Shown here: in pieces, positions 63,822 through 64,000 of the stretch
Layout: every line of letters starts with the position of its first letter
How positions within the stretch are numbered: position 1 is the first letter of the stretch
Assembly (NCBI GenBank): GCA_044223435.1
Contig: JBGALY010000011.1
Span: 66,787 to 130,786, forward strand
DNA length: 64,000 nucleotides
Source: Nakamurella sp.
Lineage (GTDB): Bacteria; Actinomycetota; Actinomycetes; Mycobacteriales; Nakamurellaceae
Direction of reading: 5' to 3'
Notes under the pieces: model-generated
What the model was told of the DNA's origin: nothing
What the model saw: only the letters and a program-made list of their open reading frames with translations
Database searches by the model: none
Position numbers and translations under genes: made by a program

Positions 63822-64000
63822 GGCGGTTGCTCCTTCGGTTCGGTTCGGACGAGCTGCGACGCCGGAAGTGCCCGTCGCCCGGGCGGGTGCCGGCGCCGCT
63901 GTGCCGCTCGTCGGTGAGGTGACCGCGGGGCCCAGGAAGGATTGACGGCCGCGGCCGGCCCGAAAACGATCCTTCCGGGAGGAATTCAGGAATTGGCCGC

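Noticed and set aside
1-64000. CRISPR arrays, rRNA or tRNA genes, and prophage structural genes.
   Set aside because: I found no regularly spaced direct repeats, no tRNA-like cloverleaf candidates in the intergenic regions inspected, and no capsid, terminase or integrase signatures. The only mobile DNA is the decayed HNH/IS630 pair at 60925-63107.

Overview
This window is a high-GC (about 70%) actinobacterial chromosomal segment with roughly 60 tightly packed genes. I saw no rRNA, tRNA or CRISPR. Family names come from motif recognition by eye; no BLAST or HMM search was run. Most very long ORFs in the track are Arg/Pro/Gly-rich wrong-frame or antisense artefacts of the high GC content.

Contents in order:
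1. zwf 5' part (1-1021, minus strand).
2. A compact graspetide-type RiPP locus: a 62-aa precursor, an ATP-grasp maturase and an ABC exporter (1317-4467).
3. A Nei2-type DNA glycosylase, an orphan multi-PAS/GAF histidine kinase and a triple-repeat membrane protein.
4. A lower-GC two-gene island whose first protein has a clan-CD (caspase-like) His/Cys signature (8881-10619).
5. A cupin, then an acyl-CoA dehydrogenase plus acyl-CoA carboxylase beta/alpha operon behind a perfect 13-nt-arm palindrome.
6. A TOPRIM fusion protein and a PmoA-like/Gfo-Idh-MocA pair.
7. A gene-decay scar with scrambled GH31 fragments and a fragment of a second eda (18893-19572).
8. A minus-strand RidA / PLP-deaminase / D-aminoacylase / GntP / eda / kdgK operon with a divergent YheO-like regulator. 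It matches the logic of N-acetyl-D-glucosaminate (oxidised chitin) catabolism.
9. An orphan same-strand cluster: SCP2, acyl-CoA dehydrogenase, a LuxI/N-acyl-amino-acid-synthase-like protein, a ThiF/E1-like adenylyltransferase, MMPL, SnoaL-like and CrtI-like FAD oxidoreductase (27291-35761). This is my best candidate for an undescribed lipid or N-acyl-amide system.
10. DUF2200, RNase HI with a zinc-ribbon tail, DUF5996 and an alpha/beta hydrolase.
11. A leaderless HTH plus Clp_N pair.
12. A seven-gene methyltransferase/glycosyltransferase locus.
13. ArsR-like regulator plus MFS transporter, an AAE transporter and a GNAT.
14. A carotenoid cluster: crtE-crtI-crtB facing acyltransferase, GT2, P450, crtYc, crtYd and a CrtU-like gene.
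15. A mobile-element graveyard (frameshifted DUF222/HNH gene and an IS630 remnant), then a DUF4389 membrane protein.
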